64,000 nucleotides of DNA from Eledone cirrhosa (GCA_964016885.1 OZ024745.1:104594001-104658000); one strand, 5' to 3'. Numbered from the stretch's first letter, positions 14,431 to 27,249 are shown. Notes: generated by a model not told the origin, from the sequence alone. A program made the numbers and translations.

Positions 14431-14559
14431 ACATCTAATTATCAATTTCTATTTCATCTCAGTAGATGAAATACAAGGGTTGATCAATTTGAATTTCAAT
14501 ATAAACTATGATTATATTGTAGATTGAGGAGTTACAAAAGAGTATAAAGATTACCAGTA

Positions 14560-15265
14560 AAGAAGAAATCCAAATAGAAATCTATATAGTTTGCTATGAG
14601 CTGCAAAGACGTCTTTGATCTGGAAAAGGAGTTCACCCTTTATTAAAAGCGATAATGCAAATTGAAGCATTGAAATGGCACAACATTTCTTGCTGATGAT
14701 GGTATGGTTCAACAATTAGATTGCATTTAATTGCACATCTAAACAACAAAAACTTCTTGGGTCTGCAAGGACTGCTATCAAGATGTAATTCTATTTTCCA
14801 AGTACTATATCAGAAAAATATTGGACAACTTAAAGTTCACTACCTATCTCCCAAGTCAAAAAATTTTGTTTATTTCAGAATGTTCTAGCCTTGTGAATCA
14901 ACATATTTTGGTGGAAAGGACAACTTCAAAATATTTCACAGTTATTATGGATGCAACTCCATATTCCTCTTATGTTGAGAAAACATTTCTGTTGAGGTTA
15001 TATAAGATATAAAAAAAAAGCTTTCTTAAGTTTGCAGAATGCAGTAATAAACATGGAGAAAAGATTGTTGATTTAATCATGCAGAGCATATGACAATGGT
15101 GGCAACTTAGTAGATAAGTACAATGATGCACAATTGAAAATACTATAGTAGTGTTTAATAGCAACCTTAGAAACCAGGTGAGAGTATCAAGTATTTTGCA
15201 TTTCACCTTATGAGAATTAATGTAGCATTGGAGAGAGACTGCAATATATTTTCTGAACATGTTCT
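14560..15265 (+). pseudogene. Degraded hAT (ZMYM1/DUF4371-like) transposase remnant
   Basis: NNKNFLGL and SKYFTVIMDATPYSSYVE resemble the hAT motifs GNFLGLL and YFSIIVDxTPDxSHxEQ; many stops and frameshifts. Confidence 0.6.
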
Positions 15266-15399
15266 CTACCTAAGGCCTGAATGTGTCCCTTGTTATCCCA
15301 CATGAAGTATGATACAGTATTGCAGTCTCAATTAAATGCTGCAAGAACTGGTGATGGGCCTGTGACCTATCCTGGGAAGTGTAGGATGGACACACAATG

Positions 15400-16275
15400 G
15401 TTACATATCCCAAGATCCCAAAGAGGGTCTGGAAGGGAGTAAATCTTGACAATTGGTGGCTGGAACATTACAACTCTTACAGGTAAGGAGCAATAACTAG
15501 TGGAGGAGGCCAGATGCTGCCAGTTAGATATAGTTTGGGGGGTTTCTTCAACAAAGTTTTGTGACTGGTACTGTAGATTTGGATGGAGGATGGAAACTCC
15601 ACTATTCAGTATGGCACCAGTAAAAACTACACAGGCAGAAGTGGGGATACTCATAAGCCCTTGGTAGTCAATGTGTTATGGATTGGATCCTATTGCAAGG
15701 AAGGATTTGCCTCTTGAAGCTTAGGTTGAAAGAAAGGTGCCTATGGGTGGTGCAAGTTTATGCACCAAACAGAGTCTGAATATAGATCTTTCCTTGAAGT
15801 CACTGCAGCATTAGATGTAGTTATGGCTGAGTTCTATATCCTAATGGGAGTCTTCAATGCACATGTTGGCACTGACTACCTTACATGGAAAGAACTGATT
15901 GGAAGGAATGGTGATCTCAATCTAAATACTAATGGAGATACCTTAGACTTATGTTCTAGTAATGGGCTCTCTATCACAAACACTTTCTTCCAACACAAAG
16001 ACATCCATAAATACACATGGTATAAGGGAAATCAGAGACAGGTCAATAATTGATTTTGTTATTGTCTCTGATCTCTTTGATTCTGTGCTGGAAGTTCATG
16101 TTAAGAGAGGGACTGAGCTGTCAACTGATCACCATCAAGATATCTGTAACCTGAGACTACCAAAAGCCACAAAAGACCACAAAACTGGCAGGTCCAGCTC
16201 GACCTACAAGATAAAATGGAAAGCATTGGCAGATAAGGAACTCTGGACCAAGTATGCAGCTACTATGAAGGTGGA
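15400..16275 (+). pseudogene. RTE-type LINE apurinic endonuclease domain remnant
   Basis: WNITTLTGKE, LMGVFNAHVG, TNTFFQHKDIHKYTW, SIIDFVIVS and LSTDHH motifs across frameshifts. Confidence 0.8.
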
Positions 16276-16289
16276 CTGAAAAGTTGATT

Positions 16290-16620
16290 ATGTTCACCAT
16301 GCTCCAAAGAAGGCCAAAGTCATTTCATCTGCAGGGAAGGTGATGACCTCAGTTTTTTGGGATCCAAAAGATATTGTTAATTGATTATCTTCAAAAGAGC
16401 CACAGCATCAATGAAGAGTACTATGCCAACTTGCTGAGGCAGTTATGAAAGGCTATCTAGACCAAATGCCCAGGAAAACAGGACAATGCTCCCGCACACA
16501 AGTCTTTGGTTTCAACTGCTGCTGTGCATGGCTGGCTTTGAATTGGTTGATCACCCTCCCTATTCTCCTAATTTGGCCCCCTCTGACTATTATCTGTTCC
16601 CCAACATGAAAAAACACTTG
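16290..16620 (+). mobile_element. Mariner transposase fragment
   Basis: PKKAKV..SAGKVMTSVFWD, DNAPAH and HPPYSPNLAPSDY.LFP motifs. Confidence 0.8.
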
Positions 16621-18149
16621 ACAAATTTAGTCAGTAACATGTATGCTGGTTTATCTGCCCTGTAGATTAACACATCGTTTGAGGTAATCAACATGTGGCA
16701 TGAAATGTTTTTACATTTATGCTGTCCATATTTTTTGCTCACATTTCTGAGGACTAGGCTATATACTTGAGTTTTAGGGGCATACAAGCAAAGAGTTGGC
16801 CACAGGCATCACCAAACCTCTGCAAGCCACTGATCTAATGTATACCATTGCTATTTCTTTCTGGACGTCGGTGAGAGCTCAAAGTTATTTGTGTGCATCA
16901 TTTTGCTATGTTTTTTTATGTTTGTAGTGAATGCTGTGGCAGAGTTGCATGTAATTCATATTTTTATCCATGCAAATGCTGCCTTCATTATAAATTTCAG
17001 ATTATTAAGTTGACTTTTTGCATATTATTGCAGCCATTTTATGAAAAATTGTTAAGCATAAAAAATTATTTGATAACAGAAAAAGTTTGTCAATTCTTTG
17101 ATTAAAAGACAAAATTATATAATTTCTTCATTATAAATATTCCAGTGAAGTCAACATAAATGCTGACGTCCAGATTGGTTATACAAAATAAATTCAACTT
17201 TAGAATATGTTTGTATGATCTTACAAAATTAGTAACAATTTATTCTCAGTAAATGTATTTTTAGAATAAGGAAAGCAATTTATAATTTCTTTCTTCAGAA
17301 GTATACACCCCTGAAAGTAAGTCACTGTAGTGTTTCCTGTATTAACCAAGAACAACAACAAGCTCCTAGAGTATTATCTTTATATTCATATAGTATATAA
17401 TTATTTCCTTAGGATAGATGAGGGCAAAGATTAAGGAAATGTGGTGCCGAATTGGCTTAAGCATCAGAGTGTTGGATGAAATGCCTTGCAATATTTATTC
17501 TGTTACCTTGCCTTCAGAGTTCAAATCCCACCAAGGTCACTTTGCCTTTCATCTATCCAGGTTCAATAAATAAGGTACCAGTCAAGGAAAGTGGACTGGT
17601 GAAGTTCTTAGAGCATCAGGTAGGATGCACTGCAATATTTGCTCCAGCTTTGTGTATTTTGATTTCAAATTCCTCTGATACCTACTTGGCGGGAAATGGG
17701 GGGTTAGATTCAACCAGTCTTCCAGTTTAGCACCACCATTTGGCACATGGGTGCCTTTAGTGAAGACCACTCATGCAAGCTTTTGGACAAGGTCTCTTGT
17801 CTGAGAATACCATCTTTCCTTCACCATGCCAGTCTTGGAGCCCATCTCATGTTTTATTTTTTCAGACATAATGTATATCTAGGTAAAACAGTAAAGGACC
17901 ATTAACTCCTGATGAAGTCATAGGTTGCTGTCCTGACATGAAATGGGCATTTTAAACCTGGTGGAGCCCATCTCTTCCTAGGTCTAAATACAGATAATTT
18001 CTTCCAGAGAAGGGGGATGGAGAATTGACCCTAGTACTAAAGTATGACAGGATGAAAAGGGAGTTGATTTTAACAGGATTTGAACTCAGAACACAGAGAG
18101 CCAGGACAAATAATGCAATGCTCCTAACAACTCTGCCAATCTTTCCAGT

Positions 18150-18482
18150 TTCCATTGCTCCAGTTTACTCAGCTGTAGAAATGAGATGATAGGACTGGGG
18201 TCCCTATCATTCCACTGCAAAGTGGTCATGGAGGTGCCACGGCAAAAAAGCACCCAGCACTCACAGTAAAGTGGACTTGTAGGCGCCACGGAAAAAAAGC
18301 ACCTAGCACTCACTGTAAATGAGGTTGATGTTAGGAAGGGCATCCAGCTGTAGAAATCAAGCCAGAATCAGTTCCCGTATGAGCAAGACAAGGTCATCCG
18401 ACCGGACACTGCCCACAACAAGACAACCCGTCTAACCCATGCTAGCTTGGAAGAACAGACGTAAAATGGTGATGGGGATGAT
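18150..18482 (+). mobile_element. SINE/RTE family A 3' tail fragment
   Basis: TTGCTCCAGTTTACTCAGCTGTAGAAATGAG core followed by the RTE-A 3' UTR. Confidence 0.75.
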
Positions 18483-18589
18483 ATCAATGGAATACTCTTG
18501 TGTTTCTCTCTTTACTCTTGTACATCACACAATTAGCATACTCATACTCAGAGTTGCTAAAAATGTCAGACCTCACTAATAATATTTCC

Positions 18590-19090
18590 TGGTGATCCCA
18601 TAGATATAACACAGCTAAAACTGCCTCCTCAAAAATTAGCCTTCTTCTTTAAGGCCAGAAAATACATCAGCTAAGAACAATTCACGAAGGACCAACATTG
18701 GTATATTGGTCCCACATTTGGGATGGTGCTGCTGTTACACACACACAAACATTCTAGACTCCTTCCAAAAAGACTTGCTCACTAACATGCTACAACTTCT
18801 AGACCCAATGTACTATCTCATCTCTCTGTCAATTCTAGAACTACTACAACAGCCTCAACTCCTCTGTACTAGTTACTACTCCAACTAAAGCCCAATTTAT
18901 CTCACCAGACAGGCTCCACAATAAACCCTGCCCCCGAAACATCACTCCTTTGGAACTCTCTGCCTCACATTCACGCTATTGTATTTCCAGTTGACTGTTG
19001 ACTTATAGATATTCATACCAAACATAAACTACATCATTTTCATCAGTCCTGGAACACCTGGGAGTATTATGGAGACATACCCTTCCTATT
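18590..19090 (+). mobile_element. Degraded L2/CR1-group LINE 3' coding remnant
   Basis: SHIWDGAAVTHTNILDSFQK resembles the post-RT (LEYxSHIWxG...LDxIQK) region. Confidence 0.55.
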
Positions 19091-19648
19091 GAGTTATAAA
19101 CAAACTGTGTAGAACAGCGGTCCTAGAGCTGAAAGACTAGAATGTAATGCTTGGTGTGAGATAGGAAGAAAAACATATGATGGCAAAAAAACAGAATGAG
19201 TTGATTGAACTACAAATTGAGGTTCAGTCAGCATGTTCTGAAGGATAAGGTAGCAACCTAGGAGACAGAAAGCTGATTCAGCTAAATGGTGATTGACTTG
19301 GGATTGAAAGTTTCCAGTATTGATCAGATGTTAGCATCCTTCTGAAAACAGTATAAGGGGCCAATAATTGAAGAAAGTATATCATATTGAGAAACATTTA
19401 ATAAGGTGAAAGCTGCTCTGAATAAAAGTATATATTCATTTTAAAGAGAAAACCAAGTCTTCTTGATTTAGTTGTAGTAATATTGAAAACATGAAGCTTC
19501 TAAGACTAATTGTTAGGAATAGTAATTTTTAGCATGATTAAATGTGAGCTATAAGCTTAGAGATTGTAAGTTCATAAGACTTTAAATAGTGGGGGTAAAA
19601 ATATGATAATTTGTGTGATGGTGCTGCTAAACACTTCCTGTATACTAG

Positions 19649-20090
19649 TGTGGTAAAATGAATGTATCCTAGTTGGATTGTTTATCGACATAGACGTGAG
19701 GGACGGTCCCTCGTCTATTTACCATTTTTGTAAGTGAGAATTATAACAAAGTGAGTGGGTGTGTGTGTAAACAAGACAATAACCACAACGAGAGTTATAT
19801 TCAACAAATGTAAATAATGGTGATGTTTATTTTGTTTATATGTGTTTATTATATTACAAATGGAACATACCAAATATAGACGCGGTCAGTTGTGGTGAAT
19901 TACAATTACAAAGGTATTGTGGGGTTTGCTGTTCCCGAGGGCTGTTTATCGTTTCGTGGTACAGAGGCTGTTTTCTGTGGCGTGTATACCGTCTGCTTTC
20001 CCGTGGCTGTCTCTGTTTACCTCTGGTGTTCTCAACCAGGGGGAGACAACTAGGGTTGTTCCATTATCCGGCGTGAGGCGTCTTACTACA
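19649..20090 (-). repeat. 3' LTR (442 bp)
   Basis: Direct repeat of 27251-27764; preceded on the minus strand by the purine-rich GGCAGGGGATAC (PPT-like, 20091-20102). Confidence 0.95.
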
Positions 20091-20499
20091 GTATCCCCTG
20101 CCAGATTTTCAAATCATCGAAAATCGATGTTATTACTCACACGTGGAATAAGATGGCGAACAATGCAACAAGGGGGAGCTATTCGCTCTACCAATCATTA
20201 AATCCTAAATAAGGATTTGAAAAATGTTAAAAAAAACAACATGCATGAAAAACAAGGCAAAGAAAAAGCAGAAACACAGAGGCAAAAAAAAGATGCAGCT
20301 AACATAGTCTAAATATAGACGGTGCTGCAAAATTTTTTGGGCCAGTGGACCCTACGACCTGAACGGGTCGTGGTCTTGTAACGTGGCGATGGTGGTGGTG
20401 TAGGGACAGGCGATGATGGTGGTTCAGGAACAGGCGTTCGCTCAACAGGCAAATACGAAGGGGTTCGTGGATCAGGAACCACAGCGTCCGTGTCAAGGT

Positions 20500-23490
20500 G
20501 TGCCTACTTAAGCCTGTCTATTGTAACTGTCTCCCTGGACCCTTTAATATCTAAAGTGAAATGCTTAGCCGAGCGCGCTAAGACACGGTAAGGCTGTGTG
20601 AGCGGGGGCTTCACAGAATCTTTCCTTACAAAGACATGCGTCCACGAAGCAACATCCCTTGGGACAGCAGTCTTGACAGTTTATTTCCTAGTGTCCATTG
20701 GCGGCAAATCCTGGAAATAGGAGCGCAAACGGGACACGTAGGAAGAGTGATCTTGGGCATCAAGATCGATAGGGGCAAGCATTTGCCCGGGCAACGTCAG
20801 AGGGGCACCGTACAGTACTTCGGCCGGTGAAAATCCAAAGTCGACCTTCACTGTTGACCGAATCCCTAATAGCACAATAGGGAGGTACTCGCTCCAATGC
20901 GCCGAGTCCATTGAGGCCATTAAGGAGGCCTTCAGTTGTCGGTGAAAACGCTCCACAATACCATTCGAAGCGGGATAGTACGCCGTAGTTCTGATGCGTT
21001 TAGCACCAATTAATTTTGACAGTTCGAGGAAAAGGCTCGACTCGAACTGTCGTCCACGGTCGGTAGTTACTGTGGATGGAACTCCATAACGAGAGATCCA
21101 TCCAGACACAAGAGCACGCGCTGTTGTCTCAGCGGTGATGTTTTTCAAGGGTATGGCTTCAGGCCATCTCGAAAAACGGTCAATTATGGTCAGCAGATAA
21201 GAATAACCATCACTGACGGGCCAAGGTCCCACTATATCAATATGAATGTGCGAAAAACACGCATCTGGGTTAGTAAAGGTACCCAGGGGAGCCTTGACGT
21301 GTCGATGGACCTTTGATTTCTGGCAAACGACGCAGGAACGGCACCAAGCAGCAATTTCACGCCTCATATTTGGCCAGAAAAATCTAGCTGATATGAGCTT
21401 TGCTGTGGCAGAAGATCCTGGATGCGAGAAACCATGTGATGCCAGAAACACGGTCCGACGATGATTCTCTGGAACGAAGGGCCTAGGCACGTCCAAAGAG
21501 ACGTCGCAGAGAATTTGGCCAACTGCAGTCAACAGAGGCAAGTATTTCATCTCGCAATTCGCAAACTCGGGCTATGTAACATCCAATGACTCAAGGGGAG
21601 GCTGATCCGCAGCCAAACGAGTCAGATCTATGTCAGAGGGTGACGAGATCGCTGTCACGGGTAAGCGGGACAAAGCATCGGCCGCTGTATTTAGTGAACC
21701 TGGAATGTGTTGGATATCATTCGTATATTGCGAGATGAAATCAAGGTGTCTCCTCTCTCTGGGCGAGTATTTATCAGCCTTCGCTCTCAACGCAAAAGTC
21801 AATGGTTTATGGTCAGTGAGGATAGTAAATAGTCTGCCCTCTAGCATATGTGAAAAATGTTTCACGGCCAAATAGATGGCTAAAAGCTCCCTTCCAAAGG
21901 TGCTGTAGCGCGTCTCAGCAGGTTTCAGCTTTCTGGAAAAAAACTCCAGCGGTTGCTGGTAACCATTGATGTTTTGCTGTAGCACTGCGCCCACAGCGAT
22001 ATCCGATGCATCAACACAAAGCGTTAGCTTTGCACCGGGTACCGGGTGAGCCTGTAACGAAGCATTAGCCAAAGCAGTTTGGCGTGCTGAAAATCAGCAA
22101 GTTGAGCCTCGTTCAAAGAAATGTCTTTGTTCTTCTTCCGACAATTTTTTTTAATTTCTTTCAGGGAGGAAAGCAATCTTGCACAATTTGGCACGAAACG
22201 CCTATAAAAGTTAATCAGGCCTAAGAACTGGCGTAACTGACGTAGTGAGGTCGGTGGAGGCAAATCCTCTATGACCTTAACTCGCTCAGGCCGGGGTCGA
22301 ATACCGTCAGCATCGATGACGTGACCCAAGAAAGTCAGTGACTCAGCACCAAAAACACATTTGGGTGCATTAATCTGCACGTTATACGCCTTCAATCGGC
22401 GGAAAAGAAGATTCAAATGGTGCGTATGTTGCTCTTGAGAAGAACTAGCAATGAGCAGGTCGTCAATATAGGTATAGACGAAATCGAGGCCACGAGTAAC
22501 CTCATCCATAAACCGCTGAAACGTACTAGCGGCATTCCTTAATCCGAACGGCATGGTCAAAAACTCAAATGACCCAAATGGCGTAATTATAGCCGTTTTT
22601 GGAATGTCGTTTTTATGGACAGGAATTTGATGGTACGCACGAATTAAATCCAGTTTGGAGAATATCTTGCATCCCTGCAACGAAGGCGCAAAGTCTTGCA
22701 GATGAGGGATAGGATAACGGTCCGGTTCCGTTATCGAATTTAAGCGTCGATAATCTCCAGTAGGTCTCCAATCACCAGTCGCTTTCGGTACCATGTGTAA
22801 TGGGGACGCCCACGGGCTCGTGGACGGACGAATAATCCCTAACTGCAGCATATGATCAAACTCTGATCGTGCTGCTTTGAGTTTGTCAGGAGGCAAGCGA
22901 CGAGGACGAGAAAAAACGGGAGCACCAGTTGTAGTTATGAAGTGCTCCGTGGTATGAGTTGGCTCATCAACTCGGAAATTTCCCTGAGTCAGTTGCAGGA
23001 ACGAGTTCAACAACGCATGGTAAGTATCACCGGTGTTAGCAAGAAAAAAGGTCGGGCTAACCGTTGGAACTCCTGCTGCCTTACCAACAACAGTTAAACC
23101 AGTGATGCCATCAATTAGGCGCTTACGACGGAGGTCCACCGTCAATGAAAAATGGTGGAGAAAATCCGCGCCTAGAATCGGATACGGCAAGGCAGCGACA
23201 GTAAATATCCATTTAAACTCGCGCCGCAGATTACGGAACTGCAATGGTAGCGAGATTTGTCCGAAGGTTCGAATCGACGAACAATTTACTGCCTGCAACT
23301 CAATAGGTGTCTCAGGGGGAGTCTCCTTCATACAACACACAGGCCATACTGAACAAACTGCACCTGTGTCAACCAGAAAGGCTCTACCTGATAGCAGATC
23401 CTCAATGAAAAAGTGGCGGTTGGATGATGTTTCACAGAGCGCACTATCCGCCGTTAGTGACTCTGGTCGTCGTTTCCCATGTAAGCACAA
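20500..23490 (-). pseudogene. pol: Gypsy pol (protease, RT, RNase H, integrase) with lesions
   Basis: LVDTGA protease; YIDD RT; DASD/ELLAI/TDHKPL RNase H; HHCC plus DIVGP..TDRG..VERFHR integrase. Frameshift near 22075, in-frame stops at 21572 and 20681. Confidence 0.95.
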
Positions 23491-24232
23491 GGAGGCCTAC
23501 AACGGGCGGCTTTGTCACCATATTTGTCATGGTAATAACAATATGTTTGATTTGATGTTTTGGAAGGGCTACGGTGGCGAGGAGTTGAATAAGTTCGTGA
23601 GCGGCTCCTCTGCCGTCCAAAAGACCTGAATTCCTGGCACAACTCCGCCATTTGACGAGTCATGGCTTCCATTGTTTTGACCAACTTCTTATCACTCGCT
23701 GATGAGCGTGATTGAGGAAGAGAAGAGGAAGCAACATACTTTGGCTTCAAAGTGTCTCTCTTCGTCACTTCTACAATTTTGTCAGCAGAGACAGCAATGT
23801 GGTCGAGAGTATTTACTTCTAGCATATGGGCTAGGATCGCCTGTACCTCTTGAGGTAGGCGAGAGAAGAACAATTGCTTCAGGAAAGGGCTATCCTGATC
23901 TTGGGAATCGCTCAATTCCCGCAAATGCCGGAGAAAAGCGGTAGGGGTCCTGTCACCTAATCGTTCGTCCTCGATCAATGACCGAAAACGACTCTCTACC
24001 GACTTACAGTTCCTTCTCAAGATCTCGCCTTTTAAAGACTCATACGTTAAGTCAGGGGGGGGGGGTCTGTAATTAGATCTTGGACCGAATCTGCTAGATT
24101 AGGGGGAAGTCCGCTAATCAAGACAGCGAGGCACTGGTCAGACTCGGTCTTACAGACCGTAAAATACGCCTGTAGCTGGGCGAACCACAGCTCAGGGTTT
24201 CCGGTAAAGGCAGGCAAATGTGGCGTATTCAT
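23454..24232 (-). pseudogene. gag: Gypsy gag, frameshifted at the poly-G run 24055-24065
   Basis: MNTPHLPAFTGNPELWFAQLQAYF..., LGDRTPTAFLRHLR and [18 protein letters not shown] are typical of this Gypsy gag class. Confidence 0.9.
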
Positions 24233-24538
24233 CGTGAAACGTTTAAAATAAAAAAAAATATATATATAAACAGCAATTAATGTTCCCTCGTACAGGGAAA
24301 AGCAAACACCCAAAATGGAAAAAAAATGAAAGGTCAAAAAGAAACAGACATTCAAAACATTAGGAAATAGGAAAAATACATAAAATACATATATGCAAAA
24401 GTTTTATTTAAAATTGTTGGGTTACAACAAGTAAATATTTTATAACCGATATAAAGCACTCGACAAGTTTTTGGAGTAGATATACGATATTAAACAAATG
24501 GAAACTATATTTATAAAACCATATTTATTTCATTATAC

Positions 24539-26185
24539 GAGATGCAATTTGGGTTTGTTCCAGGGAAAGGCACCACTGATGCGCTCTTCCTTGTGAGGCA
24601 ATTACAGGAAAAGTACCTAGCTAAAAGTAAGCCACTCTACTTGGCATTTGTCGACCTTGAGAAAGCCTTTGACAGAGTTCCACGTGCAGTAATCTGGTGG
24701 GCTCTTAGAAAACTAGGAGTAGATGAATGGCTTGTGAAAGCGGTACAAGCCATGTATAGGGGAGCAGTCAGCAAAGTTAGGATTGGCAATGAGTATAGCG
24801 AGGAATTTAGCGTACAGGTTGGGGTCCACCAGGGCTCTGTTCTTAGCCCTCTCCTGTTCATCATAGTCCTGCAGGCAATAACGGAGGAGTTTAAGACCGG
24901 ATGCCCATGGGAACTCCTGTATGCTGATGACCTCGCACTCATAGCTGAATCTATGGTAGAACTAGAGAATAAATTCCAAACCTGGAAGCAGGGACTAGAG
25001 AGAAAGGGCCTCAAAGTCAACATGACAAAGACTAAGGTCCTTATAAGTAGACGAGAAAACAGAACCCAGATCCCCTCAGGGAAATGGCCTTGCTCAGTAT
25101 GTAGGAAAGGTGTAGGTAGGAACTCCATTCTTTGCCCCAAATGCAAACAATGGGTACACAAGAGATGTAGCGGGATCTCAGGAAGCTTAATTAAGAATGT
25201 AGGATTCACATGCAGCAGCTGTGCTGAAACAGCAAGCAAACAGCCACAGGAAACAAGTACCACCAATCTCTGGGAGGGCCCTGTAGAAACAGTAGACAGC
25301 TTCTGCTACCTAGGTGACCGAATTAGCAACGGAGGTGGGTGCTCAGAAAGTACAATAACTAGGGTAAGAACGGGATGGAAGAAGTTTAGGGAACTACTAC
25401 CACTGCTAGCTGCAAAAGGCTTCTCCCTCAGAATGAAAGGCAGACTGTATGATGCGTGTATCCGAACAGCGATGTTGCATGGTAGTGAGACCTGGGCGCT
25501 GAAGGTGGAAGACTTACGTAGATTAGAGAGAAACGAAGCCTGCATGCTCCGATGGATGTGTAACAGTAATATACGTGAACGACAAAGCATAAATGAATTG
25601 AGAGAGAGACTGAGCATAAGAGGAATCAAATGCTGCGTGCAGGAGAGGCGGTTACGCTGGTATGGACATGTAATGCGTATGAAGGATGACAGCTGCATAA
25701 AAAGGTGCAGAGCACTAGAAGTTGATGGAAACCGCGGAGTGGGGAGACCCAAGATGACTTGGGATGAGGTGATAAAAGCCGACCTTACCCAACTACACCT
25801 CTCAAAGTCAATGACACACGACCGTGACTTCTGGCGTCACGCAGTAATACAGGGTACCCGACCTCCCATGGGTACATGCTGAAGCATATAAACAATATGC
25901 CCCCCCCCCCCCCCACCGCAAGGTGGTCGTGGAGGTGCCACGGCAAAAAAGCACCCAGCCCACACTGTAAAGTGGACGTGTAGGCGCCACGAAAAAGCAC
26001 CCAGCACTCACTGTAAATGAGGTTGGTGTTAGGAAGGGCATCCAGCTGTAGAAATCAAGCCAGATCAGTTCCTGTATGAGCAAGGCATGGTCAGCCGACC
26101 AGACACTGCCCACAACAGGACAACCCGTCTAACCCATGCTAGCGTGGAAGAACGGACGTAAAACGGTGATGATGATGATGATGAT
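24539..26185 (+). mobile_element. 5'-truncated RTE LINE (family A) with open RT ORF 24542-25882
   Basis: QFGF..GTTDA, FVDLEKAFD, QGSVLSP, YADD and RLRWYGHVMR motifs; 3' UTR and (GAT)n tail. Confidence 0.95.
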
Positions 26186-26635
26186 ATTTCTCTCTCTCTC
26201 TCTCTCTCTCTCTGTTTTCTCTTCATCTCCATTTTTTTTTCTTTCTCTCCGTCTCTTCATCTGTTTTCTCTTCATCTCCATTTTTTTTTCTTTCTCTCCA
26301 TCTCTTCTCTAACTGTGCTTAACACTATAACTAAATAATTACCGTACTCCCTCTCTCTTAAATCTCTCTATTTGTATGGTGAATTATTTTTATTCATCTG
26401 TTGCCTTCGGTTGCCTCTCTTTTTTCACCTCCTCCTTCTTTCTCTCTCCCCTATTTCTCTCTATTTCTCTCTGTTTTTCTTTACATCCATTTCTTCTTTT
26501 TCTCTCGGTCTTTCTTTCTAACTGTGCTTAACACTATAACTAAATAATTATAAACACTTCACTACCAAGCCAGCTTCCTACCTTAATGGTCGCTTATATT
26601 TATGGTACGTCAAAATTATTTATAAAATTGTTTAT

Positions 26636-26712
26636 ATATTGTATTTTATCTGACGAAGGCATGCCATATTTTTAATATGGTATCCCTGAAATATGTATAA
26701 TGAAATAAATAT
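26636..26712 (+). ncRNA. Minimal type I hammerhead ribozyme (predicted)
   Basis: Stem I TATTTTAT/ATGAAATA; core CTGACGA (26650-26656); long stem II AGG-C-ATGCCATATT/AATATGGTAT-C-CCT; GAAA (26688-26691); short stem III TATGTA; UA cleavage site at 26698-26699. Confidence 0.75.
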
Positions 26713-27236
26713 GGTTTTATAAATATAGTTTCCATTTGTTTAATATCGTAAAATACATATATATATTTAAAAAAAAAAATTTTTTTCCTTCAACGTCTGT
26801 CCCCTTGTGTTGCTTCAACGGGCCAGTAAATCAAATAACCCGTGAAAAAGAGAAAAAATATGTTTGTCTTAGAATATATCCACGTTGGATATCAACAATA
26901 GGTAGCCTGTGGCTAAAAATCCCTTAGGAAAAAAGTAAGGCATGTGTATCCCCTGCGGGGCAGTAATGTTCACAAAAAAGTTGTTTTCCCTTGATCAGTT
27001 ATGGAACACACACGCAATTGAAAATGTCCCTGTCCTGGCGGAAAATTACAAAACGGGGAAGGAAAGCAACGCCATCTTTGAAAAAAGTTTTGGCTGGTTT
27101 GTATACCTTGTCAATACGGTATAAACACTTTATTATTTCTCTGTCTTTTTTTTGTATTTTCGTAAGTTGCGAAAAGGTTGGCAACGTGGTAATAACAGTG
27201 AAGTTCAACTGAATAAAAAGGCTGCGTAAAATTCTT

Positions 27237-27249
27237 ACGTCGGTCACCA
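27237..27249 (-). promoter_or_regulatory. Primer binding site (tRNA-Trp-like)
   Basis: TGGTGACCGACGT starts 1 nt after the 5' LTR and matches the tRNA-Trp PBS TGGTGACCCCGACGT with a 2-nt deletion. Confidence 0.7.

Larger units (their letters stand above)
24395..26750 (+). mobile_element. Penelope-like (pLTR) insertion with inverted segment, nested in the Gypsy leader
   Basis: Flanked by the direct repeat TAAAATACATATAT (24381-24394 and 26749-26762); 24483-24538 is the perfect reverse complement of 26695-26750; contains a hammerhead fold; a related copy lies at 39100-39225. Confidence 0.65.

Noticed and set aside
23033-25752. Antisense ORFs over Gypsy pol/gag and the RTE RT
   Set aside because: Shadow ORFs of the real coding strand
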